Source of the DNA: a virus
Taxonomy: Duplodnaviria > Caudoviricetes
Reading direction: 5' to 3' (one strand)
Length of the DNA stretch: 64,000 bases
IMG/VR virus record: IMGVR_UViG_2754412319_000001
Location: 15,344 to 79,343 of that record
The notes beneath the pieces are model-generated. The model ran no database searches and had not been told where the DNA came from. It saw nothing but the letters and a program-made list of their open reading frames with translations. Both the position numbers and the translations under genes were made by a program. Of this stretch, positions 19,451 to 28,194 are shown one piece after another. Every line of letters begins with the position of its first letter. Position 1 is the first letter of the stretch.

Positions 19451-20002
19451 ATGAGCAACGACTTTCACTACCCGGTCATTACCGATCATGTCGAGTGGTC
19501 GATCAAGATGATCATTACCTTGGCCACGGAGAACGCCGCCTACCTCGACGACGAAGCATGCCCTTACGGTGCTGACTTCAAGAAAGTGATCTCGAACCTG
19601 ACTCAGCGTCGGGTTCAACCCGAGCAAAAGAAGGTTGACATAGCGGATTTCGAGATCACCGAGGACCAGATCGATTCGAGCCTCGACATCGACCTGTATC
19701 GAGTCTTCACCGATCTGAAGAACTACGGCAAGACCATCCCTCAATCCGACCAGACGGAGCGCATGGCGTACTTCCGCACGGCGACCAGTCTTCTCGAACG
19801 TCTGGTGACAGCTCGTGAGCGCGCGCTGGGGATCAAGCAGATCCGCGACTTCCAGGACACCGTCCTGAGCATCATGGAAGAGTGCATGTCGCCGGATCAG
19901 CGCACCGAGGTCATGGAACGCCTGCGCAGCGCAATCACCACTCGTCGTTCCGACGATGACGCTGCGTCCACCACCACACAAGAGTCTTCGAATGAGAATT
20001 GA
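19451..20002 (+). CDS. Hypothetical helical protein, candidate terminase small subunit
   Basis: Divergent from terL; 183 aa helical; no other terS candidate found. Confidence 0.4.
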   Translation: MSNDFHYPVITDHVEWSIKMIITLATENAAYLDDEACPYGADFKKVISNLTQRRVQPEQKKVDIADFEITEDQIDSSLDIDLYRVFTDLKNYGKTIPQSDQTERMAYFRTATSLLERLVTARERALGIKQIRDFQDTVLSIMEECMSPDQRTEVMERLRSAITTRRSDDDAASTTTQESSNEN

Positions 20003-22511
20003 ACGTCAACCGATCTTTGCGCAGACCGCACCCCGGTACTACGCGAAGGGCCTGCCCGTCATCCCTCTTTACCCCGAAGAGAAGAAGCCGATCCCGAACG
20101 ACTGGTCGCGTTACTTTGATCATCCGGTCGAGCCTGAGCAACAGCAGGCGTGGATCGAGCAGTGCCCGACGTCGAATATCGGCATCGTGCTCGGCCCGCA
20201 GTCAGGCATCGTCATGATGGACATCGACACGGTCGACCAGCGGCTGACGTCGATCATCCAGAGCCTGCTGCCGGCCTCGCCGTGGTGCCGTATCGGCAAG
20301 AAGGGGATGATGCTCGCGTTCAAGTACACGGGCCTGAAGACCTTCCGTATCAAGAACACGTCGGGCGAGACGATCTGCGAAATGTTGTCGGCTCGCACGC
20401 AATCCGTGTTGCCGCCGTCGATCCACCCGGACACGAAGCGCCCGTACGAGGCGAACTGCGATCTGGTGGACGTCGTCCACATGCTGCCGGCGCTCGATCC
20501 GCAGATCGAGTCGATGCTGCGCGCCGCGTTGCAGGAAGCCGGCGTCGAGCTGTCGCACTCGGGTTGGACGCGCGTGGTCGATTTTGCGTCGGCCGGCTCG
20601 CGCGACACGTCGCTGACGGAGCGCGCAGGCCTGTTCGCGTACGCGGTCATGCGTGGCGATCGCTCGTTGAAGGAAGCCATTGGCATGCTTCAGGCGTACG
20701 CGGCCGACTTCGTGGAGAACGTGGCGGGTGATCCGATCGACGTCGACAAGCACATCAAGAACATGATCAAGTTCCTGCACCGTGACGTCTACGACAAGCA
20801 GAAGGTGCTGCCGAGCGGTTGGGACGAAGGTCTGACCGATGAAGAGAAGCAGGCGTACAGCCTCGACTTCACGAAAGAGCAGGAAGAGTGGGGTTTCGAT
20901 GATCTCAAGCAGTTCCTCCTGGACGAATTCGAGCGTTTTCCGAAGGATTCGCCGCAGCGCAGCCAGTCGATCGACAAGGCGCTGCACAAGGTGGCCACGA
21001 CGTCGAGCCTCAACAAGCTCGAAGAGGACCGTATCCTCGACTTCATTTCGACGTCGGGTGGCATGGGTCTGAAGCTTTCCTCGCTCAAGGCGCGCATCAA
21101 AGAGCTGCGTATGGGTGAGATCAAGGGTCAAGATCAGTCGGAAGTGGCGCGCGCCGTCATCAAAGACCTCGAACAGATGTTCCCCGTGCGCGCGCACAAC
21201 GGCTTTCTCTGGAAGTGGGCGGGTTCGCACTGGGAAAAGCTCGACGACAACTACGTGCTGTCGAAGATCTCGTCCGACTATGGCCATCTGACTGCGTGCA
21301 AGAAGTTCAACGACATCCGCGGCATCCACAACCTGATGAAGACCATCTTGCCGCAGGGTATTCGTACGCTCGACGTGCGAGGCGTAAACTTCGCGAACGG
21401 TTTCCTCACGGAAGACCTGAAGCTGCTTAATCACGACCCCGGCTACGGCATGATTTACACGTTGCCGTTCCGTTACCTTCCGGAAATCGCGGGTAACTGC
21501 CCGATGTTCTTCGAATTCCTGAAGAAAAGTTGGGGTGAAGACGAGGACTACCAGCAGAAGCTCGATGCCATTCAAGAGGCGCTGGCCGTCACGTTGTTTG
21601 GTCTCGGCCCGCGTTTCCAGCGCGCCGTGCTGCTTCAAGGTGCGCCGAAGTCGGGGAAGAGCCAGTTGCTGAAGATCGCGCAGTCGCTCGTGCCCGACAA
21701 CGCGCGCGCTGCGGTGCCGCCGAACGAATGGGCCGACAAGTTCCTGCCGACGCAGATGTTCGAGAAGATCATCAACGTTGCAGGCGAGCTGAGCGAGAAG
21801 AAACTGGTCGACGGACAGCGCTTCAAGGACATTATCGACGGTGCGGAGATGTCGGGGCAGATGAAGGGTGGCCAGATCTTCCGTTTCCGGCCGATCTGTA
21901 CGCACTGGTTCGCGTCGAACCACTATCCGCGCACGGAGGACACGTCCGAAGGCTTCAACCGTCGCTGGCTCGTGCTTCAGTTCAACCGGCCCGTAAAGGC
22001 CTCGGAGCGCCGCCTGGACCTCGGGGATGTGATCGTGGTCGAGGAGCGTGAAGCGATCGTAGCGTGGGCCGTGCAATCGATGAGTCGGTTGAAGGCGCAC
22101 AACGAGTTCACGTTGCCCGATTCGCATAAGCAGACCATGCGTGAAGTCGCCAACCTCAACAACAGCGTCCGGTTTTTTCTCACGGAGAGTGGCAAGGTGC
22201 GGATGGGCGCTCTCCAACCGGAGGCATCCGCTGGGTCGAAGAGTTCAGCCCCCATCTCGGTGGTGGAAACGAAGCTCTATCAGACATACTGGTCCTTCTG
22301 CGTAGGGCCGGGAAGTGCCAAGCCTGTTGGATCGACGCAGTTCAGAGCCAAGATGCGGGAATTGGCTACCGAGTTCGGATTCAAGCTTACGATCAGAAAC
22401 ACGGAGCTGGGGGGACAGGAGATTCAGTACGAAAACCTCACACTTGTGGGATCGTCGGGTTCGCCGAGTACATCGACGGCCCATTCTGGCGCGAAGCCCA
22501 TCGCCGCTTGA
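19992..22511 (+). CDS. Bifunctional primase-polymerase (PrimPol) fused to D5/P4-type SF3 helicase
   Basis: GLPVIPL..KKP, NIGIVLG...DID PrimPol motifs; GAPKSGKS Walker A; FASNHYP motif C. Confidence 0.9.
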   Translation: MRIERQPIFAQTAPRYYAKGLPVIPLYPEEKKPIPNDWSRYFDHPVEPEQQQAWIEQCPTSNIGIVLGPQSGIVMMDIDTVDQRLTSIIQSLLPASPWCRIGKKGMMLAFKYTGLKTFRIKNTSGETICEMLSARTQSVLPPSIHPDTKRPYEANCDLVDVVHMLPALDPQIESMLRAALQEAGVELSHSGWTRVVDFASAGSRDTSLTERAGLFAYAVMRGDRSLKEAIGMLQAYAADFVENVAGDPIDVDKHIKNMIKFLHRDVYDKQKVLPSGWDEGLTDEEKQAYSLDFTKEQEEWGFDDLKQFLLDEFERFPKDSPQRSQSIDKALHKVATTSSLNKLEEDRILDFISTSGGMGLKLSSLKARIKELRMGEIKGQDQSEVARAVIKDLEQMFPVRAHNGFLWKWAGSHWEKLDDNYVLSKISSDYGHLTACKKFNDIRGIHNLMKTILPQGIRTLDVRGVNFANGFLTEDLKLLNHDPGYGMIYTLPFRYLPEIAGNCPMFFEFLKKSWGEDEDYQQKLDAIQEALAVTLFGLGPRFQRAVLLQGAPKSGKSQLLKIAQSLVPDNARAAVPPNEWADKFLPTQMFEKIINVAGELSEKKLVDGQRFKDIIDGAEMSGQMKGGQIFRFRPICTHWFASNHYPRTEDTSEGFNRRWLVLQFNRPVKASERRLDLGDVIVVEEREAIVAWAVQSMSRLKAHNEFTLPDSHKQTMREVANLNNSVRFFLTESGKVRMGALQPEASAGSKSSAPISVVETKLYQTYWSFCVGPGSAKPVGSTQFRAKMRELATEFGFKLTIRNTELGGQEIQYENLTLVGSSGSPSTSTAHSGAKPIAA

Positions 22512-22559
22512 TGCTTAGCATGTACAACCGCGAAGAGAACTATTAGAAACGCGAGTACG

Positions 22560-22599
22560 AAAAAAAATCGCCCCGAGGGTAGCTAATCCACGGGGCGAT
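22560..22599 (-). terminator. Rho-independent terminator (convergent PrimPol/HNH junction)
   Basis: ATCGCCCCG/CGGGGCGAT stem with an 8-A tract on the plus strand. Confidence 0.7.
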
Positions 22600-22742
22600 C
22601 TAACAGCTAACATTGATCAAAACATGTCCCTGAAGGGGACGACAGTGAGGCTGGCCACCTCAACTGCCTAGACAAGTCTCTCAACCTGTCATGCTTGACT
22701 CACCACCACAGATCATCAAGCACTTGTAAGACTTTACCTGTC

Positions 22743-23318
22743 TCAACCTCCCTTTGCAAGTCCCTTTCGACTCATCAATAGAGGTTTTAACAATTCATCT
22801 GTACTTACTCCTCTGTTAAGTGGGCTATGCAGTACGACTTTGGCGGAAAGGTACATCTGGTGAGCCTCTTCGGGCGTTGAGAACGTGCCCAAGTGGATAG
22901 CCTTGTCTCGAAAAATAGTCGCCCTGTAGTTGCCTGACTTAGTGACGACGACCCCTGGTAGAGATTCTTTCGCGATAGAAATGTTACTTTCAGTTACAGC
23001 TTGAGCGGGGTCAAACAAGTTTTCAATTCTGTTGTTTTGCTTGTCATTGTCGCGATGCTTAACTTGACCGGTGGGCCAGTAGCCACAGGCTAAGGCCCAT
23101 ACCAGGTGATGCTCGTAGACGACCAGTCCCTTGAAAACTACCTGCCGAAAGCCTGACGCCTTGTGTAAGGAACTAGCGACTTTTCCGGCTGATCTCGGTC
23201 CTCTAGCGCTGTTTGTCAGTCGAATGACACGACCCGCCTCGGGATCGTACCCGAAGTGCTCACGCGCCATCTCGACCGTGAAATCCTGGCGCTTCAGCTT
23301 CTCTTTCTCCATCGTCAT
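22743..23318 (-). CDS. HNH homing endonuclease with C-terminal AP2 domain
   Basis: YDPEAG, HHLVWAL...VKHRDNDKQNNRIENL, PGV...YRATI...IHLGTFSTPEEAH; lower GC. Confidence 0.85.
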   Translation of the reverse strand: MTMEKEKLKRQDFTVEMAREHFGYDPEAGRVIRLTNSARGPRSAGKVASSLHKASGFRQVVFKGLVVYEHHLVWALACGYWPTGQVKHRDNDKQNNRIENLFDPAQAVTESNISIAKESLPGVVVTKSGNYRATIFRDKAIHLGTFSTPEEAHQMYLSAKVVLHSPLNRGVSTDELLKPLLMSRKGLAKGG

Positions 23319-23675
23319 CTCGTCGTCATGTGAGTGTGCCGCACGATCACAGTGGGCAAGCACACCTGCGGTGCATCAATCAAGAAAAATCGGGTTGGTC
23401 TAGACCGTTCGGAGTCCGACCGTCGTATGTAGGCGTTGTCGGCGCTGCAACAGTCGCCTCAATTATTGCGATCCCACCCCATCTAACCGCCGTCGCTCGA
23501 CCGTGTCCCTGTCCGCGGGGCGGGGGCGGTAGCGTGAGAAGTATAAAGCATACTATGGTTGTAAAATCGAAAAATTCAAAATGACCGGCCCTACCATAGT
23601 CGCAACCGCAGCGCAACTAGCCCGCTTAAAATCATAGTATCCTTATAACCGTGGTAGATGCAGTGACGCAGCGAC

Positions 23676-23695
23676 CACGGGGCAAGCGCCCCGTG
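23676..23695. repeat. GC-rich hairpin CACGGGGC-AAGC-GCCCCGTG in the divergent non-coding region
   Basis: Perfect 8-bp inverted repeat. Confidence 0.6.
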
Positions 23696-23848
23696 CGCGC
23701 TGGGGGAGACGTGCGCCTTGTGCACACGTAAGCCCCAAAGGTTCAACGTTGAACCTTTCGCAAGGCAGGTAAGCGAAAGGTGCAAGTTGAACCAAAGCAA
23801 ACGGCGCAATCCCGCGCAATTCGCAAACCTACGTTTAGGGGTACTGAC

Positions 23849-24607
23849 ATGGCAGACTTTCAAATCGCAACCGGCGCGGCAAGCTACGCTGCTAAGGAAA
23901 TCATCGGCACGGAACGCAGCGCAATCACGCGCGCTTACTCGGCAATCGTTGCGCTTTGCCTGCGTGACGACAATCACGGCGCGCGCGGCTATGCGGCCCG
24001 CCTGATTGACGTTCTGAGCGAGCAAATCGCCGAGCAGCGCGCCGGTAAAAAATGGGCGGAAATGGGCGCGGCCGATCGCGTAAGCGCCACGCGTGCCGCG
24101 TTTCCGACCGCGAAACGCTACGCGGAAAAATCGGTCGGCATTGCCAAGCAAGCGGCGGACAAGGGCGCACCCGTAACCGAGATCGCGAACGCGGAAAAAG
24201 ACGACGAAGCGGCGGCGATCGTGCGCGCATGGTTGCTCGGCATGGGCTGCACGTCGCAAGACGCGCTGTTTGCCGCGTTCGGGTTCGCAAAAGCGGCCGG
24301 AAATCGCGAGCCGAAAGCGGCAACCGCGAAAACGCCGTCAGCAGTGACGAACGCGACGCCTGAAGCGCCCGCGAGCGACGCACAACCGGCAGAAACGCCC
24401 GCCGCTGAGGCACCCGCGCCGGATAACCGCAGTGTCGCGGATGTTTCGCGCGAAAACGCGGCGCGTTTCGCTGAATCCGTGCGCGCCGTGATGGCGGGTA
24501 TGTCCGATGCGGATCGGCAATTCTTCGCGCAAACCATTCTCGCCGACGTACAGGCAGCAGCAGCCCTTAATGTGGCAGTCGCTGAGGCTGAAGCGGTAGC
24601 GGCATAA
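23849..24607 (+). CDS. Ala-rich hypothetical protein, first early gene
   Basis: RBS AGGGG; start MADFQIATG; Pro/Ala linker; hairpin downstream. Confidence 0.75.
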   Translation: MADFQIATGAASYAAKEIIGTERSAITRAYSAIVALCLRDDNHGARGYAARLIDVLSEQIAEQRAGKKWAEMGAADRVSATRAAFPTAKRYAEKSVGIAKQAADKGAPVTEIANAEKDDEAAAIVRAWLLGMGCTSQDALFAAFGFAKAAGNREPKAATAKTPSAVTNATPEAPASDAQPAETPAAEAPAPDNRSVADVSRENAARFAESVRAVMAGMSDADRQFFAQTILADVQAAAALNVAVAEAEAVAA

Positions 24608-24615
24608 GTCAACCG

Positions 24616-24642
24616 CGCCCGGTTGCCAGACCGGGCGTGTTT
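24616..24642 (+). terminator. Possible terminator
   Basis: CGCCCGGT/ACCGGGCG stem with weak T tail. Confidence 0.4.
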
Positions 24643-24845
24643 GAACGGCTCGCGCGTGGTGGCGTGAGTCGTTCCTTTTTATTCCCCCTATAGGGGCCGG
24701 CGCTACCGTTCATGCGCCGGCTCCTGGGACATCTTCGCATCCACGAATCCGGTCATGCCTCTGCGGCAGGCGTAGTAGCGCCCAATAGGCGGCTTGACCC
24801 GAAAACTGGATCAAAAGTGCAAGTTGAACCTTCCGGAGAATTCCG

Positions 24846-25226
24846 ATGCGCTACCTTGACCCGACGATCAGCAATTACTCGAAGGCGATTTCGAGCGGTC
24901 TCGAAACGCAGCGCCAGTATTACCGCGCGTTTTGCTTCGATCAGCAGCATGGCGAGCGCGCCGAGCGGCTGGCGTGCATTGCGATGATCCGCGCCAATCT
25001 CCCGGAGGAGGAGTGGCCCGAGTTCGCGCGCGAACCCGCTACCGCGCCTGCGGCTGAAGCGGTAGCGCGGCCCATGACGCGCAAGCGCCGCCGCGCGGCG
25101 GAGGCGCGATACGTGCGCGAGCAACAGATTCAGGAGACGCGGCTGGACCTGAGCCGGCTCGTCGACGCGTGGGGCGCGAATGTGCGCGATGGTGCGACGC
25201 TGCGCGCGATCCGCGGAGGGCGCTGA
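24846..25226 (+). CDS. Hypothetical protein
   Basis: RBS GGAG; operator palindrome just upstream. Confidence 0.6.
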   Translation: MRYLDPTISNYSKAISSGLETQRQYYRAFCFDQQHGERAERLACIAMIRANLPEEEWPEFAREPATAPAAEAVARPMTRKRRRAAEARYVREQQIQETRLDLSRLVDAWGANVRDGATLRAIRGGR

Positions 25227-25227
25227 C

Positions 25228-25341
25228 ATGGTCGCAGGAGCGGTAGCGGTAGCGGGCGTGGTAGCGCTGCTCGTGTGGGGCGCGCTCGATCGCTGGGAAG
25301 TGCGGCGCGTGGAAAGGTTCAACTTGAACCGAAATGGTTAA
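25228..25341 (+). CDS. 37-aa single-pass membrane peptide (not in ORF track)
   Basis: RBS GGAGGG; MVAGAVAVAGVVALLVWGALDRWEVRRVERFNLNRNG. Confidence 0.5.
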   Translation: MVAGAVAVAGVVALLVWGALDRWEVRRVERFNLNRNG

Positions 25342-25829
25342 TGAATGGCAATGCCGCGTCAGGCGAGACGCGCCCATTTATCTGATAGTTGGAGGGGGCG
25401 AATTAGCGGGAGCGGTAGCGAATGTGCGGAGCGTAACCCGGTTCGGAAACTATGTTGTTTCCATACAACATATTTTTCCTTGCCCCTTTCGGCGCTACCG
25501 CCCCCACTCCCGGACCATTGGCGTTGATGGCCAGGAGGGTTTGCAAAGCGCAGCGGCAACTATCTGATAGTTGTTTTGACTTTGTTTCTAGAATCAAGGA
25601 CTTAGCAATATAACTTATCTTCTTTTTCTCTTTCACTTTCCCGTTCCCAAGAAGAAAAAGGAGGGACAAGGATGAGCGCCAAAGTCGACTTCATTGCGAA
25701 ATCGCATCTATCTGATAGTTCTAGTTTTATATAAAGAATGAATCAGACGTCCATCCTTGTCCCCCCTGTTTCAGCGAATTCTGGCCGATTCGCGATTCCG
25801 ATCCATCTATACGATAGTTGCTCACCACC
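25342..25829. other. AT-rich non-coding control region, candidate replication origin with four CTAT-N3-ATAG-type boxes
   Basis: Boxes at 25376, 25558, 25706, 25805; pyrimidine/purine tracts 25618-25672. Confidence 0.5.
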
Positions 25830-26225
25830 ATGAAAAATCCGTCCGTAAACCCGATATGCTTGTCCCCCTCGCAGCAAATCATCGAGACCGCGCGGCGTAA
25901 CGCGCTGCTCGCTACCGCTCCAGCTCGTGCTCTTGCTCCAGCTCGTGCTCCTGTAGCGTGCCGCGCGCTCGTGCTCCACGCTACCGCTCCAGCTCTTGCT
26001 CCGCGAAACGTGCAACTTGCACCTTCGCTGCACGACGCCCGAGCCTATGTGCGGACAACGACCGTCTCGACGAGTCGCACCATCAACGGCTGGAACGTGA
26101 AGGTGCAGCTCACCGCTCGCGAGCTGGCAACCGCGGATTCCGCCGATCGCACCATCGGCAGACTGTGCGCCCTGATCGCCGGGATTCTGGCCATGATCGG
26201 GATCTGGACGCACATCTTCGGCTGA
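25830..26225 (+). CDS. Hypothetical protein with Ala/Pro repeats and a C-terminal TM helix
   Basis: GCTCCAGCTCGTGCT tandem units; LCALIAGILAMIGIW; start uncertain (25818 or 25830). Confidence 0.5.
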   Translation: MKNPSVNPICLSPSQQIIETARRNALLATAPARALAPARAPVACRALVLHATAPALAPRNVQLAPSLHDARAYVRTTTVSTSRTINGWNVKVQLTARELATADSADRTIGRLCALIAGILAMIGIWTHIFG

Positions 26226-26349
26226 ATCCACGGGCCAGACCGTTTTTCCAGGCATAGGCGGGCCTTGCGGGACCTCCCGAATACCCACCTAGCCAAAGAC
26301 AACGCCAGCGGCTTATAGCGCCTCTGGCACAACCCTTCCGAAAGGACTC

Positions 26350-26763
26350 ATGAGCACCACCACCATGCCGCTTTATGCTGCGATCGCATCCCTGCGCGCA
26401 ACGATCGAGCGCTGCACCGCCGCTGACACGCAGCACCCATTCCTTCCCATTCACGAAGCACGCCTCGGAAAGCTGCTCGACATGCTTCCTTCAGGCTCAG
26501 GCATTGATTCGGGCACCAAACTTCTCGAAGACGAGTGCAAGAGCAACAAGCTGGTATTTCAAGCTGATTTTCACCACATGAACGAACATGGGATGTACGA
26601 CGGCTGGTCGGAACACCACGTGATCGTCACACCATCGCTGGAAACGGGGGCTGTCATCCGGATCACGGGTCGTAACCGGAACGGCATCAAGGACTATTTG
26701 CACGACGTGTTTCATCACGCGCTGTTTGACGAAGTCGACCCTTACTCGATTGGTTCAACTTGA
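26350..26763 (+). CDS. Hypothetical phage protein
   Basis: RBS AAGGA; LPSGSGID motif. Confidence 0.7.
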   Translation: MSTTTMPLYAAIASLRATIERCTAADTQHPFLPIHEARLGKLLDMLPSGSGIDSGTKLLEDECKSNKLVFQADFHHMNEHGMYDGWSEHHVIVTPSLETGAVIRITGRNRNGIKDYLHDVFHHALFDEVDPYSIGST

Positions 26764-26803
26764 ACCATCGCCTGAGAACCAACAAGAAGAATCAAGAAAG
26801 ACC

Positions 26804-26923
26804 ATGAACGCAATCTACTCCGAAGCGCCCCAGCTGTTTGATGCAATCGATGAGCTGTTCAAGTCGCGTGAAGACGTCGATGCGCAGGACATTCGACCCA
26901 TTTTGACCCTGTTCGCGGACTGA
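26804..26923 (+). CDS. Small hypothetical protein (39 aa)
   Basis: ATG after A-rich leader; in frame with the track ORF. Confidence 0.45.
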   Translation: MNAIYSEAPQLFDAIDELFKSREDVDAQDIRPILTLFAD

Positions 26924-26961
26924 CATAGATCAGCCTGAACCCCTGAAGAGAACCCACCACC

Positions 26962-27264
26962 ATGAGAACGATCAAGACGTACGAGACGGCCGATGGCCGG
27001 CAATTCAGCGACTACACCGAGGCACTGAGCCACGAAGTGAACGTGGCATTGCCCGACAACCTGGCTCAGATCATCAACGACGCGTATGCCAACGCCTCGT
27101 GCGGCGTTGCGTTGCAGGATGAACCGCTCATGAAGATCGTGGACGGGATCACCAACAACCTCGCGCAAGTCGAGGACATCCTTCAGCGGATCAGGGAAGG
27201 GCGGAGCAAGCTCGAAGGGCTGGAGACCGTGCAGCGGATCGTATCGCAAACGGGCAGGGGGTGA
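26962..27264 (+). CDS. Hypothetical protein (paralog 1)
   Basis: N-terminal YETADGRQF...EALSHE. Confidence 0.7.
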   Translation: MRTIKTYETADGRQFSDYTEALSHEVNVALPDNLAQIINDAYANASCGVALQDEPLMKIVDGITNNLAQVEDILQRIREGRSKLEGLETVQRIVSQTGRG

Positions 27265-27268
27265 GGCC

Positions 27269-27559
27269 ATGCGCGAGATCCGCAAGTACACCAGCTCGGA
27301 CGGCAGGGAGTTCGCCACGCAACGAGAGTGCGCCGAGCACGAATGTTCCGTCACGGTGCCGGCCAAGCTCCGGCAGCGCCTGCTCAAGTTCTATCAGGAG
27401 GAGCACGGCGCGATCACGAGCAAGGTCGAGCAGGCAACGTTCGATCGCATGTGCGCCACGCTGGTCCTCAACCGGCGCAACGCACGGGTCATCCGTGACG
27501 TGTTGCAGGAGTTCAGCAACGCGGCCACCCACCTGCCGCTGGAGCCGGTCTATGCCTGA
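27269..27559 (+). CDS. Hypothetical protein (paralog 2)
   Basis: N-terminal YTSSDGREF...ECAEHE. Confidence 0.7.
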   Translation: MREIRKYTSSDGREFATQRECAEHECSVTVPAKLRQRLLKFYQEEHGAITSKVEQATFDRMCATLVLNRRNARVIRDVLQEFSNAATHLPLEPVYA

Positions 27560-27893
27560 CCGCATGCTCGCTCCGGACGCTGGTGCGACCTTCATCTACA
27601 GGGGCCGCACCTATCGCGTCAACTCGTGGATCTGCGTGGCCGAGCCGCCACCCACAACCGACAACTGGATCGACGAGATCCTGTTCGACGCGGCCTATGA
27701 ACGCAATGGCGTGCGCTTCCGCTACTGCCCCCGCGACATGGCCACCCACGTCTCCGGTTCCGGCATCGCGGGCTGTATCGCGCCGATCGCCGAGATCGAA
27801 GTAACCGGCACCGTCAAGTGGCCGGTAGAACAACTCGAAGCCCACCGGATGAGTGCCATCCTGCGCGGCAAGCGGGGGCAACTCATCATGTAG
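27552..27893 (+). CDS. Hypothetical protein
   Basis: Coupled start MPDRML; RBS GGAG. Confidence 0.6.
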   Translation: MPDRMLAPDAGATFIYRGRTYRVNSWICVAEPPPTTDNWIDEILFDAAYERNGVRFRYCPRDMATHVSGSGIAGCIAPIAEIEVTGTVKWPVEQLEAHRMSAILRGKRGQLIM

Positions 27894-27901
27894 GAGGGTC
27901 T

Positions 27902-28180
27902 ATGTGGTTCTCGCGTCGACCCAATCCCGTCGAATGGCGAAAAGGTCGATGCCCGAGCCTCGTGGGCAAACCTATCGTCGACTGCGCGCTCGTGAACGGC
28001 AATGCCGTGTTCATCGTGCCGCGCGAAGACGGGCATTGGGATTACTTCGTCTATGGCTGCATCCGCAAAACCGCTGACACCTGGGAAGACGCCGCGCGTC
28101 TCGTGACTGCGGCTGCAAACCTGCAATCTGACTATTACCTTGGGCCAAAAGAGTTCGAAGCTCTGGTTGGTTCAAGTTGA
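27902..28180 (+). CDS. Hypothetical protein
   Basis: RBS AGGAGG; start MWFSRR. Confidence 0.65.
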   Translation: MWFSRRPNPVEWRKGRCPSLVGKPIVDCALVNGNAVFIVPREDGHWDYFVYGCIRKTADTWEDAARLVTAAANLQSDYYLGPKEFEALVGSS

Positions 28181-28194
28181 ACCGAGGAACAATC

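Noticed and set aside
19246-19458. 71-codon N-terminal extension of terL in the ORF track
   Set aside because: Runs through the AT-rich divergent regulatory gap; MSNQYL at 19245 is the plausible start
22512-23363. Group I intron around the HNH gene
   Set aside because: No interrupted host gene and no convincing P7 (R/S) elements; the HNH appears free-standing
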